Positions 19,098 through 32,021 of a DNA stretch of 64,000 nt are shown piece by piece. The stretch lies in the NCBI GenBank assembly GCA_017625465.1, contig JAGAKS010000016.1, positions 221,104 to 285,103 of the forward strand, read 5' to 3'. The notes beneath the pieces were generated by a model, which saw only the letters and a list, made by a program, of their open reading frames with translations, did not search any database and had not been told where the DNA came from. How positions within the stretch are numbered: position 1 is the first letter of the stretch; each line of letters begins with the position of its first letter. Source of the DNA: Clostridia bacterium. GTDB lineage: Bacteria > Bacillota > Clostridia > TANB77 > CAG-508. Position numbers and translations under genes: made by a program.

Positions 19098-22067
19098 TTA
19101 AAAACCTGATTTTTCATCCCAAGGTAAATCTAACAAAATTTCTGTATCGTCAAATGTGTTGCCTGAAATATATAAATTTTTTAAAGCACCTTTTTTCGTA
19201 TAATTTAAATCATAAAACACATCCATTACTTCATACCCAACAGTTCTTCCATTTTCATCTTTATAATAACTAAAATCATTTAATGCATTATTTTGAAGGT
19301 TTAAATAATTCAGTTTTTTCATGTTGCTTAAGTAATATATATCTGAAATATTATTATTATTTAAATATAAGCTTTCAATATTAATTAAATTTCTTAATGG
19401 AAATAAATCAACAATAGCATTATTATTCAAATCTAAATAATTTAATTTAGTTAAGCTCGACAAAGCTCCGATATCTCTAACTTTTGTTTTATAGCACGTA
19501 AATCTTTCTAAGTTTGAACAATTAGCAATATCAGATAAATCTTCAAACAGATACATTTGCCCTAAAACTATTTCTGTTACTTGTTTCAAATTACTTATTC
19601 CATCACAACTTAAATGCTTTTCTTCCATTGGTCTATAACTGGCATCATCTTGATTCCATCCTACATAATGAAAATATTTTAATTTTGATAATCCAGATAT
19701 ATATTTTAATGAATCAAATTTAAAATTATATGCATTTTCAATTTTTAAAGTTGTTAAATTTGTAACATTAGCAAGTGATTTTATACATTCTTCCCAAGCT
19801 GTTTCAGATGACAACTTCCTATTACCTGCTTGAATAAAAGTAGTTAAGGAATTTGTGTTTGGTGAAAATAGTGGTACGGCACAATAATCGAAATATAGAC
19901 TTGTAACAGTATTAGGAAATTTTATTGTACAAAAAGCATAAACACCTTCAAAAACTTTTAATTTTGTATTTGATAAATCTAAAGTTTTACCATTCGTAAT
20001 TCCTATAACATCTGCATCGTATCTAAAATATTCCAAATTAGTACAAGCTTCTAATTTTTTCCACAAATCCCAATTTGTCATAACTAAACCTCTGTAATTA
20101 CCACACCAATAATAATATGATTTGTTGCATCTATTTAATGTTGGTTGGATTGTTGTTAAATCTATACTACTATTATTAATATATAATGATGTCAATTGCG
20201 GAGTGTTAGTATTCAAATTAGTCAAATCTGTTAATGATGTGCACTGTCTTATATCCAATTCTCTTAATTTTGTACAATTACCTGATGTTGCAAAATCCAA
20301 TGTTGTTAAATTCGTTAAACCATATAATTGTAAATATTGTAAATTTTTACATGTCTTCAATACTTTATTAACTTCATCATTAAAAGTTGGATTTGTTGTT
20401 GTGCTTAATATTGTACCATCATCTTTTTTCAATACTATACTACTTAGACTTAGATGCGTTAAAGCGCTTTTATTCATTAACTGTTCAAATTCAGATATAG
20501 TCATAGTTTTCCCTGCTAAACTTAGTACTGTTGTTGTATCTGAAATTATTTCTAGTCCATAAGAACCATTTATCGAATACTTTGAACCACAATTTCCTAA
20601 AACCGTTCCAATTGTACTAGCATTTTGTAATTTTGAACATCCTGCCAAATATAAATATCTTATTCCTGAACATTGTCCTAAACTATCTACATATTTTAAA
20701 TTTGTATTATTTCTTAAATCTACATAATATAAAATTGTATTTGCATTATTATCTTTATAAATATATTTTAACGCATCTGTATCACTAGCAGTATCTCCTT
20801 CATTTATACCTAAAGTATATGAAGATGTTGCATTAGAGTATTGACAAGGAGCTATTAAATATTTTAATCCACTCATATTTTGTATTCCATCTAATGTTGT
20901 TAGTGCATTTTCTTCTAATCTCATTAAATATATATTGGTAAAATCTGCTAATGCAGATATACTAGTTAATTGTAAGTTTTGCAAATTCATATATTTTATA
21001 GCTTTTTTTGTCGTTTCACTAAAATTTGATAAACTACTTATATCTGTTACATCATATCTTGTTCCATTGTAACTCGTTGTTGAAGAGTTTAGGTATAAGT
21101 CACTTCCTACTATTCCAAAATATTGTAATTTACTAAATTCTCCACTTGCTATTCCCCTATCTGTACTTCCTAATCTTACAATTTCTTCATTTTTTCCAAC
21201 TGGACTAACTAAATATAATTGTGTTAATTCTGTTAGACCATTTATAGCCGAATAATCTTGTACATTACAATTAGTAAATTTCAAATAATTTATTTTACTT
21301 GCACCAGCTATTCCAGCCAAACTCTCTATTGTAATATTTTGAAAATATACTGTTGTTAAATTTATGAATTTTGAAAATTCTGGAAGTATTGTTAATTTCT
21401 CTGTGCTATCTATTGTTAATGCTCTAATACTTTTTAATCCTTGATTTGTTATTGGCGCAGTTCCACCATTTATTATTTGTGCTAAAGTAGAACTTTCATC
21501 TGCATATACTATATCAGGGCTATCCGCATTTAAATCTGATGTAGTTAGTCCTAGTATAGAATCTATTCCACTTTGACAATAATAAGCTCTTAAATCTGAA
21601 GTTATTCCATACACGCCATTTAATTTTCTATAATCTCTACTTTCTAAATTATCTGCACCTTTTATTTGTTTTCTTATTTCTTCTGGCAATTGTTCCTTTT
21701 TTACAAGATATAATACTAAAGTCTGTGTTTCTCCTGTATCGCTATTAGTATAATTTTTCTTCAAACAATATCCTTCAGAAGTTTTAAAGAAATAATCTTG
21801 ATAACCATTTTTCATAATGGTATCTAATGGTGTTTCGCCCTCTTCATTTCCATCTATTGCTCCTTCAGCATATAGCTGATTAAAATATTCTTCTAACACT
21901 GCTGCTGATTGTAAATATACAGCATCTGTTGCTTTTCCTAGTACACCATTATCACCTACGACTGCATTGATTGAAACTCCAGCCAAGATTAACATTATAA
22001 TTATTGAAATAACTAGTGCAATTAATGTTATACCTTTGCTACTTTTAGCGTTCGTTCTCCTCTCCAT
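19098..22067 (-). CDS. Giant type IV pilin-like adhesin with internalin-type leucine-rich repeats (~989 aa)
   Basis: ATG at 22067 after GGAGG: MERRTNAKSSKG|ITLIALVISIIIMLILAGVSINAVVGDNGVL; C-terminal LxxLxLxxNxI repeats. Confidence 0.85.
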   Translation of the reverse strand: MERRTNAKSSKGITLIALVISIIIMLILAGVSINAVVGDNGVLGKATDAVYLQSAAVLEEYFNQLYAEGAIDGNEEGETPLDTIMKNGYQDYFFKTSEGYCLKKNYTNSDTGETQTLVLYLVKKEQLPEEIRKQIKGADNLESRDYRKLNGVYGITSDLRAYYCQSGIDSILGLTTSDLNADSPDIVYADESSTLAQIINGGTAPITNQGLKSIRALTIDSTEKLTILPEFSKFINLTTVYFQNITIESLAGIAGASKINYLKFTNCNVQDYSAINGLTELTQLYLVSPVGKNEEIVRLGSTDRGIASGEFSKLQYFGIVGSDLYLNSSTTSYNGTRYDVTDISSLSNFSETTKKAIKYMNLQNLQLTSISALADFTNIYLMRLEENALTTLDGIQNMSGLKYLIAPCQYSNATSSYTLGINEGDTASDTDALKYIYKDNNANTILYYVDLRNNTNLKYVDSLGQCSGIRYLYLAGCSKLQNASTIGTVLGNCGSKYSINGSYGLEIISDTTTVLSLAGKTMTISEFEQLMNKSALTHLSLSSIVLKKDDGTILSTTTNPTFNDEVNKVLKTCKNLQYLQLYGLTNLTTLDFATSGNCTKLRELDIRQCTSLTDLTNLNTNTPQLTSLYINNSSIDLTTIQPTLNRCNKSYYYWCGNYRGLVMTNWDLWKKLEACTNLEYFRYDADVIGITNGKTLDLSNTKLKVFEGVYAFCTIKFPNTVTSLYFDYCAVPLFSPNTNSLTTFIQAGNRKLSSETAWEECIKSLANVTNLTTLKIENAYNFKFDSLKYISGLSKLKYFHYVGWNQDDASYRPMEEKHLSCDGISNLKQVTEIVLGQMYLFEDLSDIANCSNLERFTCYKTKVRDIGALSSLTKLNYLDLNNNAIVDLFPLRNLINIESLYLNNNNISDIYYLSNMKKLNYLNLQNNALNDFSYYKDENGRTVGYEVMDVFYDLNYTKKGALKNLYISGNTFDDTEILLDLPWDEKSGF

Positions 22068-22510
22068 TTTTTCCTCCTTTTGTTTTTGTGTATTTTGCGT
22101 ACTCAAACAAAAGGGAGCTTTTAGAAATTCAAACCCTAATACAAATATATACGTGTGATTTTGAAAAGAAACACAAAAAGGCAAGGCTATTATTTAGCCT
22201 CACCCCTACAAATATCACAAATAGCGTTCAAATTATTGCTAATTTCAACGCAACTAGATAAAACTTTTAACACCTTAGTTTTAAAAGCTTTTTTCATTCT
22301 ATGTTTCCTCCACTTTTGTTTTTGTGTACAAAAAAATTATATACATAAATATTTTTTCTTTCAATACCTCACTTGTATTTGTAACCAAAATGTAATCTTT
22401 AATTTTAAGCTTTTAATATGTTTTTTCACACAATAGACACAATTGTTATATATTATATTATAAATGTAGTTAAATTTTGAAAAATCTATTTGAAAGGAGT
22501 TTTAAATTTT

Positions 22511-22650
22511 AGCGCCTGGACACAGGATATACTGTGTTGACGAGGAGAAACTTATCGAAAGATTCGTCGGATGGTTTCACGGCAACAAGTTGCTGTCGTT
22601 TAACATATTATTAAAAAATAATAGCAATATTATAACAGAGGTAATATGAA
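22511..22650 (+). ncRNA. glmS ribozyme (GlcN6P-activated self-cleaving riboswitch)
   Basis: AGCGCCTGGAC...GTTGACGAGG...TTATCGAA..TCGTCGGATG core directly upstream of glmS; 3' end approximate. Confidence 0.9.
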
Positions 22651-22698
22651 GTAACTCGAATTTAACCTACATAAATTTTTCTTTAAGGAGATTAAAAT

Positions 22699-24537
22699 AT
22701 GTGTGGAATTGTTGGTTATATAGGTACACAGAAAGCAGAACCTATACTTATTAATGGGCTTTTACGCCTTGAATATCGTGGTTACGATTCAGCGGGAATT
22801 GCAACTATCGAAAATAACGGAATTAAAAATATTAAAAACAAAGGTCGTGTAAACGATTTACTTTCTGTAAAAGGAATTGAAAATTTAAAAGGAACTATCG
22901 GAATTGGTCATACTCGTTGGGCCACTCACGGCAAACCATCTAGTGAAAATTCTCATCCTCACTTAGATAATTCAAATACTTTTGCAGTTGTTCATAACGG
23001 TATAATTGAAAATTATGCAGAACTTAGAAAAGATTTAGAAAGTAAAGGTTACCATTTCTTATCAGAAACTGATACAGAAGTTATTCCTAACTTAATTCAT
23101 TATTTTTATAACAAGAGTAATTTACAAGGCGAACTTAAATTTTTAAGTGCTGTAAATGAAACTTGTAAAATGTTAAAAGGAAGTTTTGCTCTTGAAATCA
23201 TTTCTTCTGATTATCCAGATTCAATGATAGTTGTTAGAAAAGACAGTCCTTTAGTTATTGGAACCAGTCCTACTGAACACTATATTAGTTCAGATATTCC
23301 AGCAATACTTTCTTTTACAAAAGATTTTTATCTTTTAAATGATTTAGAATTTGCTTATCTTTCTCGTAATTCTATTAAATTTTATGATAGTGCTTTACAA
23401 GAAATCTCAAAAACTGCTACAAGTATTGAATGGAGCGCTGCTGCTGCAGAAAAAGATGGCTTTGAAGATTTTATGTTAAAAGAAATTTATGAACAGCCAA
23501 AATCTATTAGAGAAACTATTGGCTCTCATATCATAAAAGATGGAAAATGTATTATAGATGGGTTAGATTTATCTAAAGAATACCTACAAACTATTAACAA
23601 AATATTTATAGTAGCTTGTGGTACTGCTATGCATGCTGGTTTAGCTTGCAAAACTGTTTTAGAACAAATTTGTGAAATTTCAACTGAAGTTGATATTGCT
23701 TCAGAATTTAGATACAGAAATCCTTTAATAAACAAAAACACTTTATGTATTTTTATTAGTCAATCTGGAGAAACAGCTGATACTATTGCAGCTTTAAAAT
23801 TAGCTAGAGAAAAAGGAGCAAAAACAATAGCTATATCTAATGTAATTGGAAGTTCAATCTCTCGTGAAGCAGATTATACTATTTATACACATGCTGGGCC
23901 AGAAATTGCTGTTGCTTCTACAAAAGCCTACACAGCACAAATTATGCTATTAGATATCTTAGCACTTTACTTAGCTGAAACATTAGAAATAAATTTAGAT
24001 AAAGTTGAAATTATAAAAAAAGAACTTCTAGAAATACCTAGTAAAGTTGAAGAATGTTTAGCACTTGCACCAGAAGTTAAAGAATTTGCAAACAAAGTTT
24101 ACAAAGAAAAAGATATTTTCTTCTTAGGTCGTGGACTTGACTATTCTTCTTCATTAGAAGCATCTTTAAAATTAAAAGAAATTTCATACATTCATTCTGA
24201 TGCTTATGCAGCTGGTGAATTAAAGCATGGTCCTATTGCTTTAATTGAAAATGGTATTACAGTAATTGGTATTTTAACAGTACCTCATCTAGTTGAAAAA
24301 ACTGTTAGCAATCTTCAAGAAGTTATTACTCGTGGCGCAAAAACTTTAATTGTTACAAATCAAGATTTAGGAGACAAAAAATTTGACAAAGTAATTCGTA
24401 TTCCTGAAGCTTCAGAATATGTATCACCTATACTTTCTATAATACCAATGCAACTTTTTGCATACTATATTTCAAAAGAAAAAGGTTTAGATGTTGATAA
24501 GCCTAGAAATCTTGCAAAATCTGTTACAGTTGAATAA
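22699..24537 (+). CDS. glmS: Glutamine-fructose-6-phosphate transaminase
   Basis: MCGIVG, LEYRGYDSAG, GHTRWATHG, SQSGETADT, PRNLAKSVTVE. Confidence 0.98.
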   Translation: MCGIVGYIGTQKAEPILINGLLRLEYRGYDSAGIATIENNGIKNIKNKGRVNDLLSVKGIENLKGTIGIGHTRWATHGKPSSENSHPHLDNSNTFAVVHNGIIENYAELRKDLESKGYHFLSETDTEVIPNLIHYFYNKSNLQGELKFLSAVNETCKMLKGSFALEIISSDYPDSMIVVRKDSPLVIGTSPTEHYISSDIPAILSFTKDFYLLNDLEFAYLSRNSIKFYDSALQEISKTATSIEWSAAAAEKDGFEDFMLKEIYEQPKSIRETIGSHIIKDGKCIIDGLDLSKEYLQTINKIFIVACGTAMHAGLACKTVLEQICEISTEVDIASEFRYRNPLINKNTLCIFISQSGETADTIAALKLAREKGAKTIAISNVIGSSISREADYTIYTHAGPEIAVASTKAYTAQIMLLDILALYLAETLEINLDKVEIIKKELLEIPSKVEECLALAPEVKEFANKVYKEKDIFFLGRGLDYSSSLEASLKLKEISYIHSDAYAAGELKHGPIALIENGITVIGILTVPHLVEKTVSNLQEVITRGAKTLIVTNQDLGDKKFDKVIRIPEASEYVSPILSIIPMQLFAYYISKEKGLDVDKPRNLAKSVTVE

Positions 24538-24545
24538 ATAAAAAT

Positions 24546-24577
24546 TGCACGCTGGGAACTCCCAGCGTGCTTTGCTT
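24546..24577. terminator. Terminator between convergent glmS and GH13 genes
   Basis: GCACGCTGGG-AACT-CCCAGCGTGC-TTT. Confidence 0.75.
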
Positions 24578-24593
24578 AGTTCTAAAAAATTGT

Positions 24594-26330
24594 TTACTTT
24601 AGTTGTGTTTTCATAGTTGCTCTGTCGATAATGAATGTTAAATCTCCGCGCTTATATACCAACTTATTACTATCTGCTTCAACAATCTCAAAGTTACTTG
24701 CATCTGCAAATATCTCACGGTACTTCATACGGATTTTTCCCATTTCTACATAAAAATTATACATTTCGGAATCAATATCGTCCCATGGGAATGGTTTTCT
24801 GTTAAAAGGATCTTTGTACCCTTGAACTTCTGCCTCTTCTCCAGCAAAGATTGAAGGCAAACCTGGCAAAGTGTATTGCATGAATATTGCCATTTTTTTA
24901 AGCTGTTTAGCTAGCTTTTGCTTTTCTACTGGAACTTGGTCATGCTCTGCTTCCCAAGAGCGGAATTTAAAAGTATTAAATTTACCATTTTCAATCCAAT
25001 AATCGCTTTGCTCCATAGCCCAAACAGTTTCAGCGCTCTCTTCCTCTCTCATAAAATCTCCAACAAGAATATTAGAAATTCGTGGAGTATCATGCGAACT
25101 TAGGAAAATAGGCGAAACATCTAATGCTTGAAATGGATAAAGCCTAAGCTCCTGCATAATTTGAGCAAAGTTTTTATAATTTCCCCATCTTAGATATCTG
25201 TAAATTGCAATGGCCGACTGATAATTCATAACTCCATCTAATTTGTCGCCGATTAAAAAATCCCTAGCATCACCAAGAATCGCGTTTTTCCAGACCTCAC
25301 CTAAGATATACAGACCAAAATTTTCTCTGATAAAAACTAACACATGGTCTGGCAAATTATCCGCAACGTCTAAGCGAATTCCATCCACATGACCACGATA
25401 TAGTTTCAGCCAGCTTAATAGGTGCTCAAAGTACTTGCTAGAATTTTTATTAAACTCCACAAGATTTTTGTACCCCCACCAGCACTTTGGCTCAGTATAT
25501 GGTTTAATCCAGTCATACATATCAGGGTCATTTTTGATAAGTGCATTACCATCACCCGAATGATTTAGCACAGTATCAATAACAACTTTAATGCCTAACA
25601 AATTTGCTTTTTCATGTAACTCATCTAAATCTTCCCATGTTCCAACCATTTCATCAATCTGCTCGTAATCATCAATATCATAACGATTAGAGGACCGACT
25701 TTTAAAAATTGGTGTAAGGTATAGAACTGTTACATTTAACGTCTTCAAGTAATCTAGCTTTGAAATAATTCCTTTTAAATTGCCACCATAGAATTGGTCA
25801 TTTCTGTACTCTCCATCGCTATCTGGCTTCCACTTAGGGAAAGTACTCCATGCCACTGTTTTTGCCTTTAAATGCTCTGGCAAATCCTTCGAACAAAACG
25901 TATCTACGTAAATTTGGTACATAATACCACCTTTAACCCAATCTGGTGTCTCAAAATTTGCATAATAAACATACATTTGCCAAAATGCAAAATAATGATT
26001 ATCAGTTAAAACTGCCTCATCCCAAATTGGATTATACTCAATAAGCTTATACTGTCCATTAAGATAAAGCCCTACATAAAAAGTCCTATAACCTGCGGTT
26101 TGAAAAGAAAGTGTTCCCATGAACACGCTAAACTCTGCATTCGACAAATCTTTCACATAAGATAATGAACAATTTGTCTCAGCTCCCGGCGTTTCTCCGT
26201 GACGATTAAAAAAAGCTCTTACATCTGTTGCCATTCCGAAATAGTTATCAATTTTTAAAAAGATCCGTGTAACGCTATCAATACTAACATTCATATCATA
26301 CGTAACAACAATTTTTTTATTACCTAGCAC
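24594..26330 (-). CDS. GH13 alpha-amylase family glycosidase (neopullulanase/amylopullulanase-like)
   Basis: YQIYVDTF, GGNLKGIISKLDYL, GIRLDVAD, GEVW, SHDTPR, DPFNRKPFPW. Confidence 0.88.
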   Translation of the reverse strand: MLGNKKIVVTYDMNVSIDSVTRIFLKIDNYFGMATDVRAFFNRHGETPGAETNCSLSYVKDLSNAEFSVFMGTLSFQTAGYRTFYVGLYLNGQYKLIEYNPIWDEAVLTDNHYFAFWQMYVYYANFETPDWVKGGIMYQIYVDTFCSKDLPEHLKAKTVAWSTFPKWKPDSDGEYRNDQFYGGNLKGIISKLDYLKTLNVTVLYLTPIFKSRSSNRYDIDDYEQIDEMVGTWEDLDELHEKANLLGIKVVIDTVLNHSGDGNALIKNDPDMYDWIKPYTEPKCWWGYKNLVEFNKNSSKYFEHLLSWLKLYRGHVDGIRLDVADNLPDHVLVFIRENFGLYILGEVWKNAILGDARDFLIGDKLDGVMNYQSAIAIYRYLRWGNYKNFAQIMQELRLYPFQALDVSPIFLSSHDTPRISNILVGDFMREEESAETVWAMEQSDYWIENGKFNTFKFRSWEAEHDQVPVEKQKLAKQLKKMAIFMQYTLPGLPSIFAGEEAEVQGYKDPFNRKPFPWDDIDSEMYNFYVEMGKIRMKYREIFADASNFEIVEADSNKLVYKRGDLTFIIDRATMKTQLK

Positions 26331-26500
26331 ATCAAAAACCTCCTTTACTATAAAGCGTGCTTTTGGTTGATAACTACATGCAAACTAAGTCTGCATTTAT
26401 CTCTAATTTATTATCTTTACTTCTTTTTGTCAATATAATTTTTGTCTATTTTACAAAACTTTCACACAAAAAAAGCAGACTCTTAAAGTCTACTTTTCTA

Positions 26501-28097
26501 CTATTTTTTTGTTGCAAATTTCAATTTGTTTTTTATCTTTTCTGCAATTCTATTTTCTTCAAAATATTCAAGACCTTTGCATAAACCATAAGCTACAAAT
26601 GGAATTAAAATATAATAATATTGTATTACATATATTGCTTTCGTTTCCCATATAAAATGAAATGCTATTCCACCTAATACTGTTATTGGTATCAATAAAA
26701 ATCTCAAATCCTCTTCTTTTCTAAATTTATAAACTCCAATCCCAGCTGAAACAAAAAATATAATTTGAAAAGCATCAAAAACTCTTTCTATCACATAAAA
26801 TCCTGTTCCACATAACATACTTTCTATAAATGGTCTAGCTTCTATATGCTCTTTATATTCTGGTATTTGATCAAGTTTTTTACCTGGTGTTGAACACCAT
26901 AACACTTGAAATGTTGGATTTAGCCATGTAGTTTCTAATTTTTCAGCAAAATAACTTATCGTATATATTGGATGTTTAACCAAATATTCTAATCTTTCAG
27001 ATAGCATTGGTTTTGTAATTTCTATAGATTTTTCTGTGTTGTATCCACTTTCATTGTAAATAACTTCTACATCTCCTGTGTACCATCCAGGTGGATAAAC
27101 TCCACCTGGTGCAATTCCCATATATATGTATGAAATCATTGGTACACCATTATCTAAAGAATATCCTGTATTTTTTTCAATTGTCGAATAAATTACAGTT
27201 TTAGCTGTAAACATTACTGCAACAATTCCGTACAATTCCTAAAGCATATTTAAGTTTAGTATTACCTTTCATTATATCTAAAATTATAACGCAGATAATT
27301 CCAAGCATAAATATTTCGTAATTACTTTTTAACATATATGCAATAGTAATTGTAATTGCTATTATTAGTAAATTATATATCTTTTTGTTTTTTAAGAATT
27401 TTAATGTAAACAAAGTTGCAACTAATGCAAACATAAGTCCAGGAATATTTCCATACACATGAACATCAAAGAATGTCCAATACAATACTGAAAATAATCC
27501 AATTAACAACAAGCACATTTTACGAATTTTATCTTCATTAAACAGTTCTTTACAAATAAAATAAAGCAAAATTCCATTTATTGCAGAATATAAAACATTC
27601 AAGTTTTGTAGTACAATCATATTACTTCTTAAATTAAATATTTTATATACCGCCATTACATAGATAACATATCCTAATTGATGTGGGTTTCTATTTAAAT
27701 ATTCTCCCGGATTTAGCACTAGTCCTGTTTGTTTATTAAGAAGATTATCTGCACTATAAACCATCATAAGTTGGTCATCATCTGATATATATTGTATATA
27801 ATTTATCCAAGCAAAACCAAATATCATAGAAATAACTACAACTAAAATAAATAATATCTTTCTATTTATCTTATCAGAAACTTTATAAAACCCATATAAA
27901 GCTCCTACACCAATGGATACATTTATTAAATTAAAAAATATATTATCAATTTTTGTATAACAAGCTTCAGTAGCATTATTTATTTTTACTTTAAAATAAA
28001 CAGTAAGGAATAAAGCTAAAACTCCTATGATAAAGCATATTATAGCAACCGCATATTTTATTATTTTTGATAATTTTTCCTGTATTTTATTTAACAT
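26501..28097 (-). CDS. GT-C (GT39/PMT-like) membrane glycosyltransferase; one ~531-aa protein via +1 shift at CGGA 27227-27230
   Basis: The two overlapping ORFs join as ..YALGIV-(C)G-IVAVMFTAKT.. inside a TM helix; DDQ motif, YGNIPG, WETKAIY. Confidence 0.72.
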
Positions 28098-29721
28098 TTG
28101 TATTTTTTTCCTTTTTAGCACTATAAATTACATAAGCTGTAAGTCCTGTTATAGAAACTATTTTTAATATTACAGCAAATATTTGAATTCCTGTATTTTT
28201 ATATTCAACAACAACTTTACCTGAAATTTTTTCTGGATATGAAATTATAAGTTGTCCGTATTCATTATCTTTTTCTAAATTTAAATCTATAGTTTCACCA
28301 TTAGTAGTTTCAATTTTTGCTACATAGCCTTTGTAGTAAGTTAATGGAACATGTAACTTAAATTCATGTTCTGAATCATTATAATCAAATTCTATTCTAT
28401 TTCCAGTTTGAGTATATTTTATTTTGTCTTTTGGTGTTTCTAAATTAAAAACATACCATTTTTTGTAATCAAAATTTACTGGTAAATATTCTTCTGCACC
28501 GATTTGAGAACGTTTTATTATTTGATCTCCTGGTAAACCTGAAACATTTGGGTTTACAGCATATAACTGTTTACTTACCATAAATATAAATATTATCATT
28601 AATATATATTTAGCATCTTTAGTTTCAAAAACTTCTGACACAACATAGCCAATTACAAAGCTCATAAACAACATTGTAAGTGTGCTAAATCTAAATGGAA
28701 ATTGTATAATTTGTAAAAATTCCATATACTTCCATGGCATTAATTTAGTTGATAATATTAGACTTATAGCACCTAATATAAAACACTGTATAACAAATGG
28801 ATCTTTTTTATAGTCTAGTTTTTTACATTTAAAAATAAGTAATGGTATAAATAATATAAATAGTCCTTTACTAAATGTATCTCCTATCCCTTCTAATTTA
28901 TCACCTAGTAACTCTTGCAAAGTTGAAGCAGAATCATAAAGGTAAAAAGAATTATTATATACATCCATTTTAAAATCATCATTCTTCTTTTGCTCTAAGT
29001 AAGGTAATAAAAATCCTATTGCAAATACAATTGATACAATACCTGCTATAACTAAATTTTTAAGTCTATTCTTATCTGCAAAAATTCTGTTTATATTCAT
29101 TAAACAAATAAGCATAATACATACTAGCATTAAAGCACAAGTTATAATATGACTATTAACAATTCCCCAAATTCCAAAACATACTAGCCACCATTTTTTA
29201 TTATCACCAATAATTATTTCATATAAACCAGCTAAAATTAGTGGCAAAAATGTAAATGCAATAACTTCGCCAAGTGCTGCTCTTACAAATATATCTCCTA
29301 ATCTATATGTTGCAAGAGTATACATCAAAGTTGTAATCCATGCTTTCTCTTTACTTTTGAAAATATGTTTTGCACTATAATAAGTAATTAAAACCGTAGC
29401 AAAATTAATAATTATAATAAAAACTGTATAAGTTTTAAATATTTCAAGACCACACAATAATAGCAATGCTGGAATATACAAAAACAATTCTGGATAAAAA
29501 ATTGAATTTGCATACCCAAGTCCCTCTAATAAACTTGAATGTATAGCAATAGGAAAATTTCCTAATTTAAGTTCTTCTGCAATACTTGCAAATCTGCTTA
29601 TATGATAAGAAATATCATCTCCATCTATGCTTGTTTCTTGTAAATATGGAACACAAGCAAAAATAGCTATTGCTAATGCTATAATAATTACTTTTAAATT
29701 TTCTTTTACTTTTTCGTTCAT
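28087..29721 (-). CDS. Membrane GT-C-like protein (6-pyruvoyl-tetrahydropterin synthase-related membrane family)
   Basis: GDDISYHISR, GYANSIFYP, RAALGEVIA, IQFPFRF, EYLP, PLTYYKGY. Confidence 0.72.
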   Translation of the reverse strand: MNEKVKENLKVIIIALAIAIFACVPYLQETSIDGDDISYHISRFASIAEELKLGNFPIAIHSSLLEGLGYANSIFYPELFLYIPALLLLCGLEIFKTYTVFIIIINFATVLITYYSAKHIFKSKEKAWITTLMYTLATYRLGDIFVRAALGEVIAFTFLPLILAGLYEIIIGDNKKWWLVCFGIWGIVNSHIITCALMLVCIMLICLMNINRIFADKNRLKNLVIAGIVSIVFAIGFLLPYLEQKKNDDFKMDVYNNSFYLYDSASTLQELLGDKLEGIGDTFSKGLFILFIPLLIFKCKKLDYKKDPFVIQCFILGAISLILSTKLMPWKYMEFLQIIQFPFRFSTLTMLFMSFVIGYVVSEVFETKDAKYILMIIFIFMVSKQLYAVNPNVSGLPGDQIIKRSQIGAEEYLPVNFDYKKWYVFNLETPKDKIKYTQTGNRIEFDYNDSEHEFKLHVPLTYYKGYVAKIETTNGETIDLNLEKDNEYGQLIISYPEKISGKVVVEYKNTGIQIFAVILKIVSITGLTAYVIYSAKKEKNTNVK

Positions 29722-29737
29722 TTTTCTTCTCCGTTTA

Positions 29738-31999
<2,262 letters not shown>

Positions 32000-32021
<22 letters not shown>

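Noticed and set aside
22068-22184. N-terminal extension of the pilin-LRR ORF
   Set aside because: A GGAGG RBS precedes ATG 22067, which gives a normal class III signal peptide
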